Below, one piece after another: positions 10,101 through 21,958 of a stretch of DNA of 64,000 bases. The notes below the pieces were generated by a model that ran no database searches, was not told the origin of the DNA, and saw only the letters and a list, made by a program, of their open reading frames with translations. Within the stretch, counting starts at the first letter, position 1, and the number at the start of each line of letters is the position of its first letter. A program made the translations under genes and the position numbers. The stretch covers positions 2,048,001 to 2,112,000 of the forward strand of contig CM000207.1 in the NCBI GenBank assembly GCA_000002445.1, written 5' to 3'. The DNA comes from Trypanosoma brucei. Its lineage: Eukaryota.

Positions 10101-12525
10101 CAATATATATATATATATGTGTGTGTGTGTAATCAAATGCGTGTAAAAGTTATTTCAAACACACACATACCGGTACATGTGTCCGTATCATATCTCATTT
10201 AGTTCGCACCTCCCACCCTCGCTCATAGCGACAGAAAGAAAGTGAAAAAAAAAATGAGAATGTATGAATAAAAAAGGGAAAGGGAAAGAGAAAGCAACAA
10301 CAGAAACATAAAAAAGGGGGAAAAAAGAAGTACATATAAAAACATACGCGCAGGTTTTACGCCATCGGTGAGGTGGAAATTAAATTTTTGCAGGTTCCTT
10401 CCTGTCCCTTCTGAGGTAACTGCATGAGAGTGTATTTGTCTTCTTTCTTTGAATATCAGAAGGAGATTGTAATAATAATTATAAAAACATCAGTCAATAA
10501 CAATAATGGTAATAGTAGTAATTCGAAAGTATTTTAACATACGAAACAAAACACAAAAGTAAAAAAGTAAAAAAAAAAACAAAGACCGAATATTGCAAAC
10601 ATTGCGTAAAGTCATGCGCGCACGATCATTTTAAATACCTCTTCCCTTCTTCGTTTATGCTTTTCGTCAATCTCTTTTTTTTTTATTCCATTCTTTTTAT
10701 TTCCCACCTCCGCTTTCGTCCCCTTATTTGATTTTTTTTTTGCGTTTCTACTTTTTATAATTGCTCTACCTACGTCCCCGTTTACTTTTTTAGTTATATT
10801 TGTTGTTGCCTTTAGCGTAAATTTGTTGCTTCTGGTTGAAAAGGAAAGGGTAAAACTTAGCCCCACTTTTAAAAATATTTTTGTTCTTGTTCTCGTTGTT
10901 CTACTGCCTTCGTATTCATTCATGCATTCGTTTATTTATTTATTTAAATATTTAATAATATATCTTTCCTTTTCTTTTATATTTGCCCAAGATTAAAAAC
11001 ACGACACATCTACCCGCACTTCTACACATGCCTTCTCCTCAAATCCGTACAAATTAGGGAGAAATTGTGTGCGTAAATATATATATATATATATTACATA
11101 AATAGTAATAATAATACCGTGATTTAAGTAATGACAATACTGAGAATAATTTTTTTTTGTTTTTACGCGTACGAATCCGCTGTTGTGTGTAACATTTTAT
11201 TTATTTATTTATTATCTCTCGTATCTCCTCTCACCTCACGATTCCCCGATAAAAAGAAGTAACTAGCGTCTCCTTTTCTAAAAAAAAAAAAATTGTACTT
11301 GTGTGCCTTGCTGTCTTTCTTTCGTGTTTCGTTTTCAATTTTTTGTTGTTGTTGTTTTTTTCGCTTCGGTTGGGTTCCTCTCATTTATTATTTACTGATT
11401 TTTTTTTGTTTCCTTTTCGAAACTTGAACACTCCGTCTTTTTCTTTTCTTTTTTTTTCTTCCATTTCAATAGAAAAAGTTTCAAAAGGTCGAATATATAA
11501 TTAAACATTAAAACATTTATTTGAATATATCATTTCGACACGACACAAATTTATTTCCACTTTGTTACTAAACTCACCTTCATTGTAATCCACAACTTCC
11601 ACTTCTTTTTACACCTTTAACTCACTTATCATTCAATTTTTCGCTTTCTTTTTTCCCCTTCGCCCATTATTTATTTTTTTAAAATAATCACTGAGTTGAG
11701 ATCGACTGTTTGTCATTTCACTGCTGAGTTTTTGCTTCTTTTTTTTTCTTTTTTCTTTTTAAAGAATCTCGTTTTTGTTGATTTTTAGCCATTGCGTTTC
11801 CGTTCACATACATCCATATATATATATATATATATATATATTATTTATTTATTTATTTTCGTGGAAGAAGATGACGAAGAGTAAAATAGAGCAATTGAGG
11901 GGACGAGCGTCGAGGGACGGTAAAGCCAGACACGATGAATAAACAAACAAACAAACACAAAAACTAATATAACGAATAAAGCGAACCGAAAACAAACAAA
12001 AATTGAAGAAAACCAAAGAAAAGCAACGACAACAACTGGAATGATGATGCAACGAAGGCAAGTCACGATATACTTCAAACTGGGAAAAAGTAGAAAAACG
12101 TGTTAAACCAACAGGATGAAGGTAAAAGTGAACGGGTAGGAAAGAGAAAGATTTTTTTAAAAAAAAAAAGACAAGAACGAAGGAGATGAATAAACCATAA
12201 ACAAACCGCAAATAAAAGGGAGTGTTGCTGAAGAACGGCAAGAAAAAAAAAAGAGAGATAAAAAGCAAAAAGATTGAACGAGGTAAGGGTAAAATAGAGA
12301 AAATCAACAACGGTGGGTGTATACAGGCACACTGAAAAAAGGTTGAGGGAGGAAAGAAATCGCAAACGCAACAGTAAAAAATCGCGATAAAGTTAAACAA
12401 AGGAAAGAACAACAACAAAGGTCACAGAGAAAGCGACAGAGCATGGAAAAAAAAAACAACAACAAAAATAAAATAATAATAATAATAAAAAGCAAGACTG
12501 ATCGCACAGTGCCCTTCTACATTAC

Positions 12526-15500
12526 CTACGACAGCTCGAATGTATCCCCTGCGTACATGATGCTGAGTTGAAGTTTATTATACATTAGTTCTTCTGTTGG
12601 GTACGGTGGCATCTTCAAATAGCGGAAACACGTATTGACGGATGGAAGGGGCCAATCTATTCCCACAGCTTTAGTTCCGTTGCCCGTCCGTGAGATCCGC
12701 CGTGACCGATCACCGCCTTTTCGCCCGCCGTTAGAACCGTCTTTGCCATTGCCTTCCGTATGGGAGGCATCAGGTAATGTCGGCATATGGGTACTTTGCA
12801 CAACTGTAATGGCACCAAGTGCACTGATGCCGCCATGCGGAAGGCGCGGGCAGCCCGTACAGAAGAGAAGAAATGCTCGTTGCTCACGGGGGCCAAAGCG
12901 CTTCGCGAGAATATTCTGCAGCATTGTTATCTGTGGGGACTCGCTGTTATAACCATGATCGGGGACGATGATGGATTTGATCTCTGCAGCTGTCCAGAGG
13001 GGTTCGGAATCCCTGATGCGATTGCCACACAACAACGACATCGCCTCGCTGGCATCAAGTGCTGCTAGCGCCTCGCAAGGGACCACATCACGGAAACCAT
13101 ATGTAATGAAGCGGATGGGCATAACGACTGACTCATACAAGAGAGCGCTGGCAGCTCGTCTAATGTAAGCGGATACATTCGTCGAGTTTACGCATGTGCT
13201 CTGTCCCTTGTCTATCATCTCGAATCTATCGTCACCGGGCATTGTGAAGGGTAAATCAAGGGATGACAACTCTTTCGAACTCATTGAAAGCAATGAACGT
13301 AAGCTGGAAGCCACTTGCTTATCCATCATCTCCACTTCTTCGATGCCAAGTGACATGAAGTCGATGGGTCGCTCCGGCTCCCACGGCTGCTCCTCCTTTT
13401 CCGTGCAGCGAAGCACTATACGTGATGGTGGAATTCCACGGCAAAGAAACAGCGCCAATGCAGGACTGATATCCAAAGGAAAGACAACTGCATCGGTGAA
13501 TGCCCGACCCAGTACGGTGCCAACGAGATAATACAACTGGGCGCGCTCTTCATCCACCTCGAAAAAATCATTCATACAGAGAAACCTTTCCGTCAACGCT
13601 TTAGTGTCACGACAGGAAGACAGCGATAGATCTGTTGAAAAACGTTGGAGTACTTTGGGGACGGAGCTACACGGAAAAAGTCCCTCAGGGCGGGACTCCA
13701 CCCTCTGCTCATCGTCAAATGTCCCGCTGTTACTCTTCGACCTTAATTGGCGGTTTCCACAACTGTCACCACTTTCATGCGTTGTTGACGAGCGTGAAGA
13801 GTTATTCCATAGCCGCAGCCGACACTTGGTGAGCTCCCTTGCAATGAGGGTGTAGAAGTGTGCCGTCGGTCCCTGGCCTATCCCGACCTCACCCTTGAAC
13901 TGAATCGATATAGGCGCACGGCATTCCGCCCCTTTTCTGAGAACCATGTAGGCTCCATGAAGCAAATCATTGCGACTGACAACATACTTGTGGTTTTCAT
14001 ACTTGGACCACTCTGACGGATACACCTTGTACATACGATACCTCCGACTCCCCATTGAGCTTCTTATATTCGCATGAAGCGCGCGGCGAGCACCATACGC
14101 AAGAAAACGTACGACATCCTCCCGAACGGATGGGGGAACAAGAAACTTTGCCTCCGTCAAAATGAAGTCAACCCAGCGTGGAACAGCGATACGTGGTGGC
14201 AGAAGCGCTATACGAAGCGCCGATGCCGCTACGGATTTAACAAGCTGAGTTGTCAGAATGGCGCTTACAAAAACGTCGGGGTTGATAGGGATCGTATTCG
14301 CCACCATTAATGGTTGAAGTATTTTGTGAAGAAGGATGAGAAGAAGAACATCCGGACTCTGCGAAAGATGTGACGGCTTACGCACCAATTTCGACGGGTA
14401 GGCAGTGTTCAGCTCTTCCCTCGACCGCAGGCCACAACAGCAGTGTGTGTGAGCGTCGCTTTCAAAATGATGAAATCGGTTCAGCTGCCAGCTCGTTATA
14501 TGCTCCTTGTCCTCAGTTGCTGACGGCGGTACTTCTCCATTCACAATGTCCCCACGCAACAGAAGGAGTGTTTTGGATAAGCCCTTTTCTCCACCACCCA
14601 AGTTCAAAGGTTCTCCGTGACTCTCTGGGGTCACAAGACAGCTCTCCAGCTGACCCACAACATCCACTAGACCCAAATTCAACGCCCGCTGCATTATGTT
14701 TCCCATGAGAGTTTCCTGATAAGCACAACGTCCCGTGGGTGACGTATACAAAACATACCGATCTTCCATGGCATCGTGCAACATACGCTCCAACCTGCTT
14801 GGTTCCTCCAGGTCCACAGGCGTTTTTTTGTTGTGGGCATCAAGTTCGTCTAGAGATTCGATCGTCTCCCGCTGCGCGATGAAGCCGTCAATCAGTCGCT
14901 GCAACTCCTGCCGGAGCTCAACATAACTCATCGTTTCCTTTTTTCGCGACAAAACCAGTTGCACTCGTTCCAGAAACACCTCAGCAGCGAGAGTCGATTG
15001 CGGACAAGGAGCAACTTCGGTACCCTTGGTGGAGTTAGAGTCTGTGCGGAATGTCCGCTCAATATCCCCAATGCTAGAAAACAAATGTGCACTAGTAGCA
15101 ACGTTCACACGTGACTTTGGCTGTACTACTGTGTCAGGGGCCCCCGCTGCAACACCATTAAAAGATGAGGAGCGACGACCCGTAGCACCGCCATCACGCG
15201 AAGTGATAAAATGGCTATGGCAACTAACACAGAGAAAATAGTTACACACATTACAACCGAACCCCGTCTCCAGTTGCTCTTCACATGACTCGCAGGAACG
15301 TTTCGGTGCGATCATCTCCAGTGAAAGCAACAAATGGCCATTTGGACAAGACTCACGTACCGTTAGTTTCGAACCGCGCTGCGACACTGCACGTTGGGAG
15401 GGCGTGGAACTAGGAATATCCCCGGATTTGAGGCTGCTGCAGGGTTGATTCCTTCCCCGATCGTGGCTAACACCACGGCGGCAAGGATTTCCCGAACTGG

Positions 15501-18264
15501 ATGGGTAAACTGTCTTGCGACACAGAGATACATCCTGCGATAGCTGCGAAACTGCACTCATGGCTTTGGTCAGCGGCACACAAGTCACACGCTGCGATGT
15601 CATCAGCGATTCAACAAAGGGCAAGTTGCTGATAAGACAAAGGGCAGAAACTAAATTTTCGATTAACGCCTCCACACCACGTGGATACTCGGCCATTAAT
15701 TGTAAGAAACATTTGAGACGATCTTTCTGGCAGAGCCGTTTAAGTTGATCAGCGATACGCACACCCCCAAAAGTTGCTGGGTCGGTTCCTGTGTCAACCG
15801 TAAGGCCCGGGACAACTCCCTCACTTATCAACGCACCGGAAGATTCAGCAGCGCAAGTCGCCCCTATCTCCTCATTTGTATCATACTCGTCTCCTCCAGT
15901 GTTCGACATTAATAGATAGCCCAACACCGCATCCGCAATACCCATTTTAGATATCTCAAATGCTGTTATATTTCCCGACGTTTTCTCCATAACCCTCAGT
16001 ACTTGTGCCACTACCTTCTGGTGCGTTCCAAATACCATAGTTTGCTTTCTCAGTTCTTGCACTGACTCCCAAAGGGCTGTAACACAACCTACATGAGACC
16101 GGGCCGAAGGGGGAACTGAGTTTTCACTCATCTCTTTCTCCACAGTTGACAGTATCGCACGAACCATCGCCATTAAGTGCATCGTTCGGTTCTCGGGTCC
16201 CTCCAGCTTGACTTTTGGTACCATCCGACGAATTTTACCATCTTGATCATCTGCCTGTCGATCATCCAGCCTTTTGCATTTCGAATTGGCCAAATTTTCC
16301 AACTGCTTCACTACGCCGCATCTATAAGCCGTCTCTGCCGCTTTCCACTCTGATGACCCTGGGTGGCGAAGAAGCCACACCATCATCGTGAGAGCCACGG
16401 ATTTCGTTGCCTTGTCAGCCGAAATGAGTGCGGTGCGAAGCATGTCACACAACGGACGCATTGTCTTGCGCAACAGTTCCGTAAGTTGCTGGGGTTTCTT
16501 GGCCAATATCGCTGCCTGAAGCAGAGCCGCGCAGGCACACACGCCCAGTTGCATAGCCATTGATCCCGACGCCCAGGTTGCATATTTGCATAGACTCTCA
16601 AGATACATCTCCGCGATCTTCATGGATGCGGCTGGAACTGGCGCGCTGTTGTTGAGAACATAGTAACGACACAACTCCGACTCACGCCTGTTTACTAGTT
16701 TGTCCATACCAGAAGAAATTGGCACTCCTATATTTTCTTCTGCAGAGTTTGCTATGTATTCAACAACACCCGTGACATCCTTCGCTGCTTTCACAGATCG
16801 TATATCTGCTTCATTCATCACATGAAAGACAAAGGGGACGAATTTGCGTGAAATATTGAGCTCAGCACCTCCAAATCCGCTGCAGATCTTCATTGTTGCA
16901 AGATTCGCAGTTAGTATCTTTGAGTGTATCCTAAGCGTCACCTCTTTTGTACGACGAGCCAAGCAAGTTTCCAGCGTCACACAAGCCTCCTCCGGTATGG
17001 GACTGTTATGCCGCATTTCATCTTCCCACATCCATTTGTGCACAGGAAGAACTACTTTGGGCTTTGGCCCAAAAGCCTCACTGGGAAGTGGGGGGGATGC
17101 CAAAATAAAGTGACGTATGGCAGCAATGGAAACAATATGATTTTTATCGCGCCGATGTGCGGCCCGTGATATGCCACCAACAGGAAAAGGGTCGGACAGA
17201 AGCATTGTAATGCTCGGGTCTGAGTCATCGAGTACAATTCCATAAAAAGCCCGCGCTTCCTTGGAAAGAAGCATATCACTCACATTAACCCAATCTGCCG
17301 TAAGGATAATGTCTATCATCGTTTCCGAGAAGAGAAGACGCTCAGAGCGCACGGAAGGGTCAAGTGCGACGTTACCATCATTTAACAAAAGAAGTCGGTA
17401 AAGACATCGGCAGAGCTCCGATGTTATCATTCTCTGCGCAGATGAAAGGCGGTTGAAGAGCACAGCCCGTCGTATGAGCATGCCGAGACACTGCAATGCC
17501 AACTCCAACAACGACCATGAGTCTGGCGATGATTCAAGACTTGACGCATACTGCTGAATCATACCTTGCAAGAACGGCACAAGAATGTGGTCCGTAGTTA
17601 CTACAGATGGCTTGACGCAAGGTTTATTTTCCTGTTGTTCATCTTTAAGGGACTTGCAGCAGGAGAATAAGGATACTACACTGCTGAAGAATTTCCTCTT
17701 CCTCGTTTCTGACGGTAGTACAACCTTGGAGCAAACGGCTAAAAGAACGTCGAGAGCCTGTCGCGTAAGTAGGGCGTTCTCATACTGTGCAGTCTTGGTG
17801 ACATCTCTTAAGCCAAGGTGTACTAAGGAAACGCTACTTTCATCCAGCGTGACGAACCGAATAAGCCGGAGGACCTCCTCCATCAGCATGACGCGATCCA
17901 AGTTGCTGAAGCGCATCTCCCGACTATGAACACGTGCAAGAACTTCCGTTGCTATACGTACAAGGCGCTTGTGGTATGGATGCACTCCACAATACGAAGT
18001 GGGGACATGTTCCATTATGAGTGAAAGTGCGCGAAAGATCATCGTCAAGGCATCGCCAGCCCTAAAAAAGCGCTCACTCTCCGCCATGTGTACTAAAGTC
18101 GGTACCACCCTCATTGAATCAAATCCACGTAAATAAACCTCTACACCCATTACGAGAGACATGCACATATCCTCCAGTGCACCAACCACTCTCTCAGGGT
18201 CTTTGCTCAGATGTTGAACCGCCTTAATTTGCTGCTTGGAGTCCACCACTAGCTGTCTTGACAT
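12526..18264 (-). CDS. Giant HECT-domain E3 ubiquitin-protein ligase (1912 aa).
   Basis: The C-terminal HECT hallmarks are present: RAFLLFCTGCPRLPHGGISALG, and the catalytic-Cys region PSVNTCFRYLKMPPYPTEELMYNKLQLSIMYAGDTFELS at the extreme C-terminus. Upstream are ARM/HEAT-like helical repeats and a Cys-rich zinc-finger-like cluster (SCESCEEQLETGFGCNVCNYFLCVSCHSH). Confidence 0.85.
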   Translation of the reverse strand: MSRQLVVDSKQQIKAVQHLSKDPERVVGALEDMCMSLVMGVEVYLRGFDSMRVVPTLVHMAESERFFRAGDALTMIFRALSLIMEHVPTSYCGVHPYHKRLVRIATEVLARVHSREMRFSNLDRVMLMEEVLRLIRFVTLDESSVSLVHLGLRDVTKTAQYENALLTRQALDVLLAVCSKVVLPSETRKRKFFSSVVSLFSCCKSLKDEQQENKPCVKPSVVTTDHILVPFLQGMIQQYASSLESSPDSWSLLELALQCLGMLIRRAVLFNRLSSAQRMITSELCRCLYRLLLLNDGNVALDPSVRSERLLFSETMIDIILTADWVNVSDMLLSKEARAFYGIVLDDSDPSITMLLSDPFPVGGISRAAHRRDKNHIVSIAAIRHFILASPPLPSEAFGPKPKVVLPVHKWMWEDEMRHNSPIPEEACVTLETCLARRTKEVTLRIHSKILTANLATMKICSGFGGAELNISRKFVPFVFHVMNEADIRSVKAAKDVTGVVEYIANSAEENIGVPISSGMDKLVNRRESELCRYYVLNNSAPVPAASMKIAEMYLESLCKYATWASGSMAMQLGVCACAALLQAAILAKKPQQLTELLRKTMRPLCDMLRTALISADKATKSVALTMMVWLLRHPGSSEWKAAETAYRCGVVKQLENLANSKCKRLDDRQADDQDGKIRRMVPKVKLEGPENRTMHLMAMVRAILSTVEKEMSENSVPPSARSHVGCVTALWESVQELRKQTMVFGTHQKVVAQVLRVMEKTSGNITAFEISKMGIADAVLGYLLMSNTGGDEYDTNEEIGATCAAESSGALISEGVVPGLTVDTGTDPATFGGVRIADQLKRLCQKDRLKCFLQLMAEYPRGVEALIENLVSALCLISNLPFVESLMTSQRVTCVPLTKAMSAVSQLSQDVSLCRKTVYPSSSGNPCRRGVSHDRGRNQPCSSLKSGDIPSSTPSQRAVSQRGSKLTVRESCPNGHLLLSLEMIAPKRSCESCEEQLETGFGCNVCNYFLCVSCHSHFITSRDGGATGRRSSSFNGVAAGAPDTVVQPKSRVNVATSAHLFSSIGDIERTFRTDSNSTKGTEVAPCPQSTLAAEVFLERVQLVLSRKKETMSYVELRQELQRLIDGFIAQRETIESLDELDAHNKKTPVDLEEPSRLERMLHDAMEDRYVLYTSPTGRCAYQETLMGNIMQRALNLGLVDVVGQLESCLVTPESHGEPLNLGGGEKGLSKTLLLLRGDIVNGEVPPSATEDKEHITSWQLNRFHHFESDAHTHCCCGLRSREELNTAYPSKLVRKPSHLSQSPDVLLLILLHKILQPLMVANTIPINPDVFVSAILTTQLVKSVAASALRIALLPPRIAVPRWVDFILTEAKFLVPPSVREDVVRFLAYGARRALHANIRSSMGSRRYRMYKVYPSEWSKYENHKYVVSRNDLLHGAYMVLRKGAECRAPISIQFKGEVGIGQGPTAHFYTLIARELTKCRLRLWNNSSRSSTTHESGDSCGNRQLRSKSNSGTFDDEQRVESRPEGLFPCSSVPKVLQRFSTDLSLSSCRDTKALTERFLCMNDFFEVDEERAQLYYLVGTVLGRAFTDAVVFPLDISPALALFLCRGIPPSRIVLRCTEKEEQPWEPERPIDFMSLGIEEVEMMDKQVASSLRSLLSMSSKELSSLDLPFTMPGDDRFEMIDKGQSTCVNSTNVSAYIRRAASALLYESVVMPIRFITYGFRDVVPCEALAALDASEAMSLLCGNRIRDSEPLWTAAEIKSIIVPDHGYNSESPQITMLQNILAKRFGPREQRAFLLFCTGCPRLPHGGISALGAITVVQSTHMPTLPDASHTEGNGKDGSNGGRKGGDRSRRISRTGNGTKAVGIDWPLPSVNTCFRYLKMPPYPTEELMYNKLQLSIMYAGDTFELS

Positions 18265-20517
18265 CGTTCCGCCAACTGATAATAAATTTTTTAAAAATCA
18301 CAATCACCACTGCTTTGATAATATTCACAACAGCAACAACAACAGTAGCAGGGTGAAAATATGCACCACGAACAAACGATCGAACACGCCCCAAAACTAT
18401 AATACGAGTTGTATCAAACAGAAGGGAAGTCGAATCTTGTAGGGAGAAGAAAAATAGAATCGAATGTATATATAAATCAATATATATATATCAATATATA
18501 TATATATAATGATAAAAGATAGATAGATACTTGAGGTAAGTATATTTATACCTATCTATATCTAAAATATATGAATATATATTTAGAGATATATATTCTC
18601 TTTGTTGTTACTACAGTAGTTTGTGAAAAAAGGGTACGTTAATACAAGTATAGATGTTTAAAATGTCAATTTAAGAAAGAAGAAAAAAAGGAAAGGAAGC
18701 GCGAGGTACGTTAGAATATGAAATAAGAAATTTGTGGATATTTAAGCAATGAGTGACACATTGTTACTTTAATTATTTCAAAAAAAAAAAAACAGCCTAT
18801 TATTAGTATTATTTTCAAAGGACCCAGAGGAAATGTCCACATATATATATTTATTTATTCATAATTCCCCCTTACCGACCTTAATAATAATAATAATCAT
18901 CTGCATCATGAACATGCGCATCACCTCCAATATATATATATATATATTTGAAAGTTTTATTAATAGTGTTTGACCACCAGCGACGTTTTTCCACCAAAAA
19001 GAGGTGACTGTAGGATTCTTTTTTTTTTCGTTCCATTTTATTGAAAACCTTACACCTTTGCCTTCAAGATGTGCTACTGCTACCATTTAAGTGTTGGACA
19101 AGCAAAAAAAAAAAAAAGAACTAATGACGATGGAGGAAAAAGATGAGAAAAAATAAAGAAAGAAAGAAACAGCAAAAAAAATAATAATTAGATATAGAGA
19201 ATGAATTTAGGAATGTTTTGATAGTAAAATGCACAGCTGAAGTAGTTAACAGAAAAATGTAGCCATGCATCAAACCACCCGGTTGATAAATGGATATCGC
19301 AAAAGTCCAATATTTTTCTTTTCCTTTTTCATTGTAGATATATATTTTTTCTTATATGAATAAATATAAATATATACTTTATGTTTATATTTCTTATATT
19401 TATATATTTCACTGCCGCTACAACCACACTTTTTAAGAGCAAAAAAAAAAAAATCTCACAGTCATTTCTTTATCTCCTCCCTCGCTTCCTCACTCACATG
19501 CTTCATCATTCCTCGTGTCATTATTGTTACCACCTTTTCTTCTTCGTTTCCTCCCTCTTATCACTTGTCGACATTTCAACCAATTAATGAAAGCACATGC
19601 GCACAAAGGGAAGTAAAAATTTTAAAAAAAAACAATAATTTTTTTTTTTAAAAAGGAGCAAAACACAAATAAGGGCTAACGAGAGAAGAAAATAAATGAA
19701 GATGACGGCAGTTCCCTTCGTTAATGTATGGAACATACCTCAACAATAGCAATAATGAACACATGAATGAATGAGCAAAAGGGGTTCGGTACCCCAGCGT
19801 GGAGAGCGACAAGTAACAATTTCGAATAGAGGTGAGGAAAGGAAAAAAAAAGGGAAAACGGGGAAGAATGAGACGGTAAAGCACAAATAATAAATGAAAA
19901 CAGCATCGGAAGCAACAACACCGAGTAGAAAACACTATAAAATAAAACACAAAATGATAAGCATGTCGTTGGTCTTACAATTGAAGTCAAACCATAAAAT
20001 GTGCATGTGTTCGTCAGTGAAAACCCCCGCACATGCGACCCGCACCCTTTTATATACCCACCATCCCTCACAGAAACCGACATGAATAAAGGCGGTACGA
20101 ATAGAAAGAGAAAGGAAGAGAGAAATATGAAAAGCAAGTAAGAGGGGGGGAAAAGGCAGTTAAGCGCAGCGAAACTCCTGAGGAATAACAAAAAGTAAAC
20201 CAAACGTGTCCAATTCGCTCATCTCTTCCTCTCACTCTCTTTATTCTTTTTTTTTCTTCTCACGGTTGTATGACATGAGTCTCTAGACATGATACAAAAG
20301 AGGGCAAACTGTGGGCAGTAAAGAAGAGAGGGGACGACACTCATCAGGTTGTCAAGCAAAGGACCGTTAGCAATTTCCTTCCCTTTTCCTTTTTTCCCTT
20401 TTCCCCTTTTGTGGGTGTACACCTACAATACCGGACAAAAACAAAAGAAAACAAAAACAGCACGTGCAAGAACACGAGCTCTACAATATATGAAATACCA
20501 TTACCAGCAATGGTTCC

Positions 20518-20552
20518 TCATCATATCATATCATATCATATCATATCATATC
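20518..20552. repeat. (TCATA)6 pentanucleotide microsatellite in the 3'UTR region of the sorting nexin gene.
   Basis: tcatatcatatcatatcatatcatatcatatc. Confidence 0.9.
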
Positions 20553-20698
20553 TTCTTATCCCATACCATCTCATATTTTCCTTTCTTCTTTCACTTTGCC
20601 AACACACCTCAAAATCACAACATGCGCCAACGTCCCTCCCCCCCCCCTCCCCTCCTTTTCTTCCTCCCACCATTCTTCTTTTTTTTTTCCATTATTAC

Positions 20699-21958
20699 CT
20701 AATCGTCATCAATCAAATGGTCACTGATGGGTTGGCCCTGCGTCAATAGAGGCGAGAGCTTCTCCCATGACTGCTTCAGACGCCCCGCGTATTTGATCTG
20801 CAGGTCAGCAAACATCTTTAGAATTGTTTTGATGTCATATTGCTTGTCACGATGGAAGCGATGAATTTCTTCCTTGAAAATCGCCTCGCCATCCGTCAAC
20901 TCCTGTCGCGCCCTTTCCAATAACTGTTCTTGTTCACTGATTTCATTCTCCAGTTTTGCGCGGCGTGCTGCCTGCCCAACCTGATCCAACACTTTATCCC
21001 TCTGCGCCCTGAGACCTTCTAACTGGCGTGCGAGGGCCTCCACATGATGTGCGCTTTGCAGCAAATGTTTTAGTGTTGCACGGACGGAGCCACACATGCC
21101 GTGGTAGTAGCTGAGTGTTTCGACTACTTGTTTTGTTTCATCATTAGCATGCTCCACATATAGAGTAGAAAGTTGGTCATTGTGCTGGCCAACAGCCGAG
21201 AGCACACGAGTGAGTGATGATTGACCAACCATCCCGTCCACCTCCGCCACTTTTTCAAAAGCAACACCAAATTCATGCAGGGAGTTGCTGGTATTCCTAC
21301 GCCGGTCGACGAGGACTTGCACCTGCTCCCGCAATACCTTCATACTCTCGTCCAGTTGTTTAATATACCTTCGCGTTCCCTCCCATGCAGTCATATCAAC
21401 GGCACCGTTATTGACAGCTTGCGAATATGCCGCGCCAGCGTCTTCCAGCGTTTGTGCATCATTCCACGTGCGGGAAAGCACTTGACCAACGCTGTCGCCA
21501 ATCGAATTCCTCAACGACCTGCCAGCGCCAGCAACAGGGGCTTGCATGCGCCGTTCCCACTCCGTCTCATCCATCTCAAGAAATTCCTGCAAAAGTTGTG
21601 CGGTGCGAAGACGCGGGTGAGCACCAACGCGGGTGAGGAATTTCTTCAGGGCGCGCTGGCGGTAATCGCGTGTCCGAGTGGCACTCTGAGAAGCGGAACC
21701 GACGATTTTATTAAATGTCCCATGCACTTCCTTTTCAGGAATGGGTGGTATGATGCAGTACGGGTATGCTTCACACAGTTGCGTGCGGAACCATACAAAG
21801 TCATTATAACGCCTTACCACTTCCATTTCCTTGCGTGGGTACATGGGCAGTGTGGTGGAAGTGCGGATGCGATACATCCAATACGCCAAATCAAGGGCTC
21901 CTCCGCCTTTGCGCTCTTCCGGCTCCAGAACACGGAACTCAAAGACATTTTCAGACAT
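20699..21958 (-). CDS. Sorting nexin with PX and BAR domains (Vps5/SNX1-like). The start is set at the internal MSENVFEF.
   Basis: The PX-domain core is present (RRYNDFVWFRTQLCEAYPYCIIPPIPEK, i.e. the RRYSDFxWL...P-P-P pattern). It is followed by ~250 aa of predicted helical coiled-coil/BAR-like sequence. The ORF track adds 12 codons upstream. Confidence 0.75.
   Translation of the reverse strand: MSENVFEFRVLEPEERKGGGALDLAYWMYRIRTSTTLPMYPRKEMEVVRRYNDFVWFRTQLCEAYPYCIIPPIPEKEVHGTFNKIVGSASQSATRTRDYRQRALKKFLTRVGAHPRLRTAQLLQEFLEMDETEWERRMQAPVAGAGRSLRNSIGDSVGQVLSRTWNDAQTLEDAGAAYSQAVNNGAVDMTAWEGTRRYIKQLDESMKVLREQVQVLVDRRRNTSNSLHEFGVAFEKVAEVDGMVGQSSLTRVLSAVGQHNDQLSTLYVEHANDETKQVVETLSYYHGMCGSVRATLKHLLQSAHHVEALARQLEGLRAQRDKVLDQVGQAARRAKLENEISEQEQLLERARQELTDGEAIFKEEIHRFHRDKQYDIKTILKMFADLQIKYAGRLKQSWEKLSPLLTQGQPISDHLIDDD

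Noticed and set aside
10612-10923. A 103-aa lysine-rich minus-strand ORF in the 3-kb spacer.
   Set aside because: The lysines derive from AAA runs in AT-rich low-complexity DNA. There is no upstream trans-splice architecture and no recognisable fold; I consider it a possible but unlikely micro-protein.
11849-12418. A 189-aa minus-strand ORF that is extremely F/L-rich. Similar cases occur at 19721..20203, 23852..24178, 42434..42781 and 57977..58339.
   Set aside because: These are artefacts of A/T homopolymer and A-rich runs read in a T-rich frame. The sequences are low-complexity, and polyPy/AG signal regions fall inside them.
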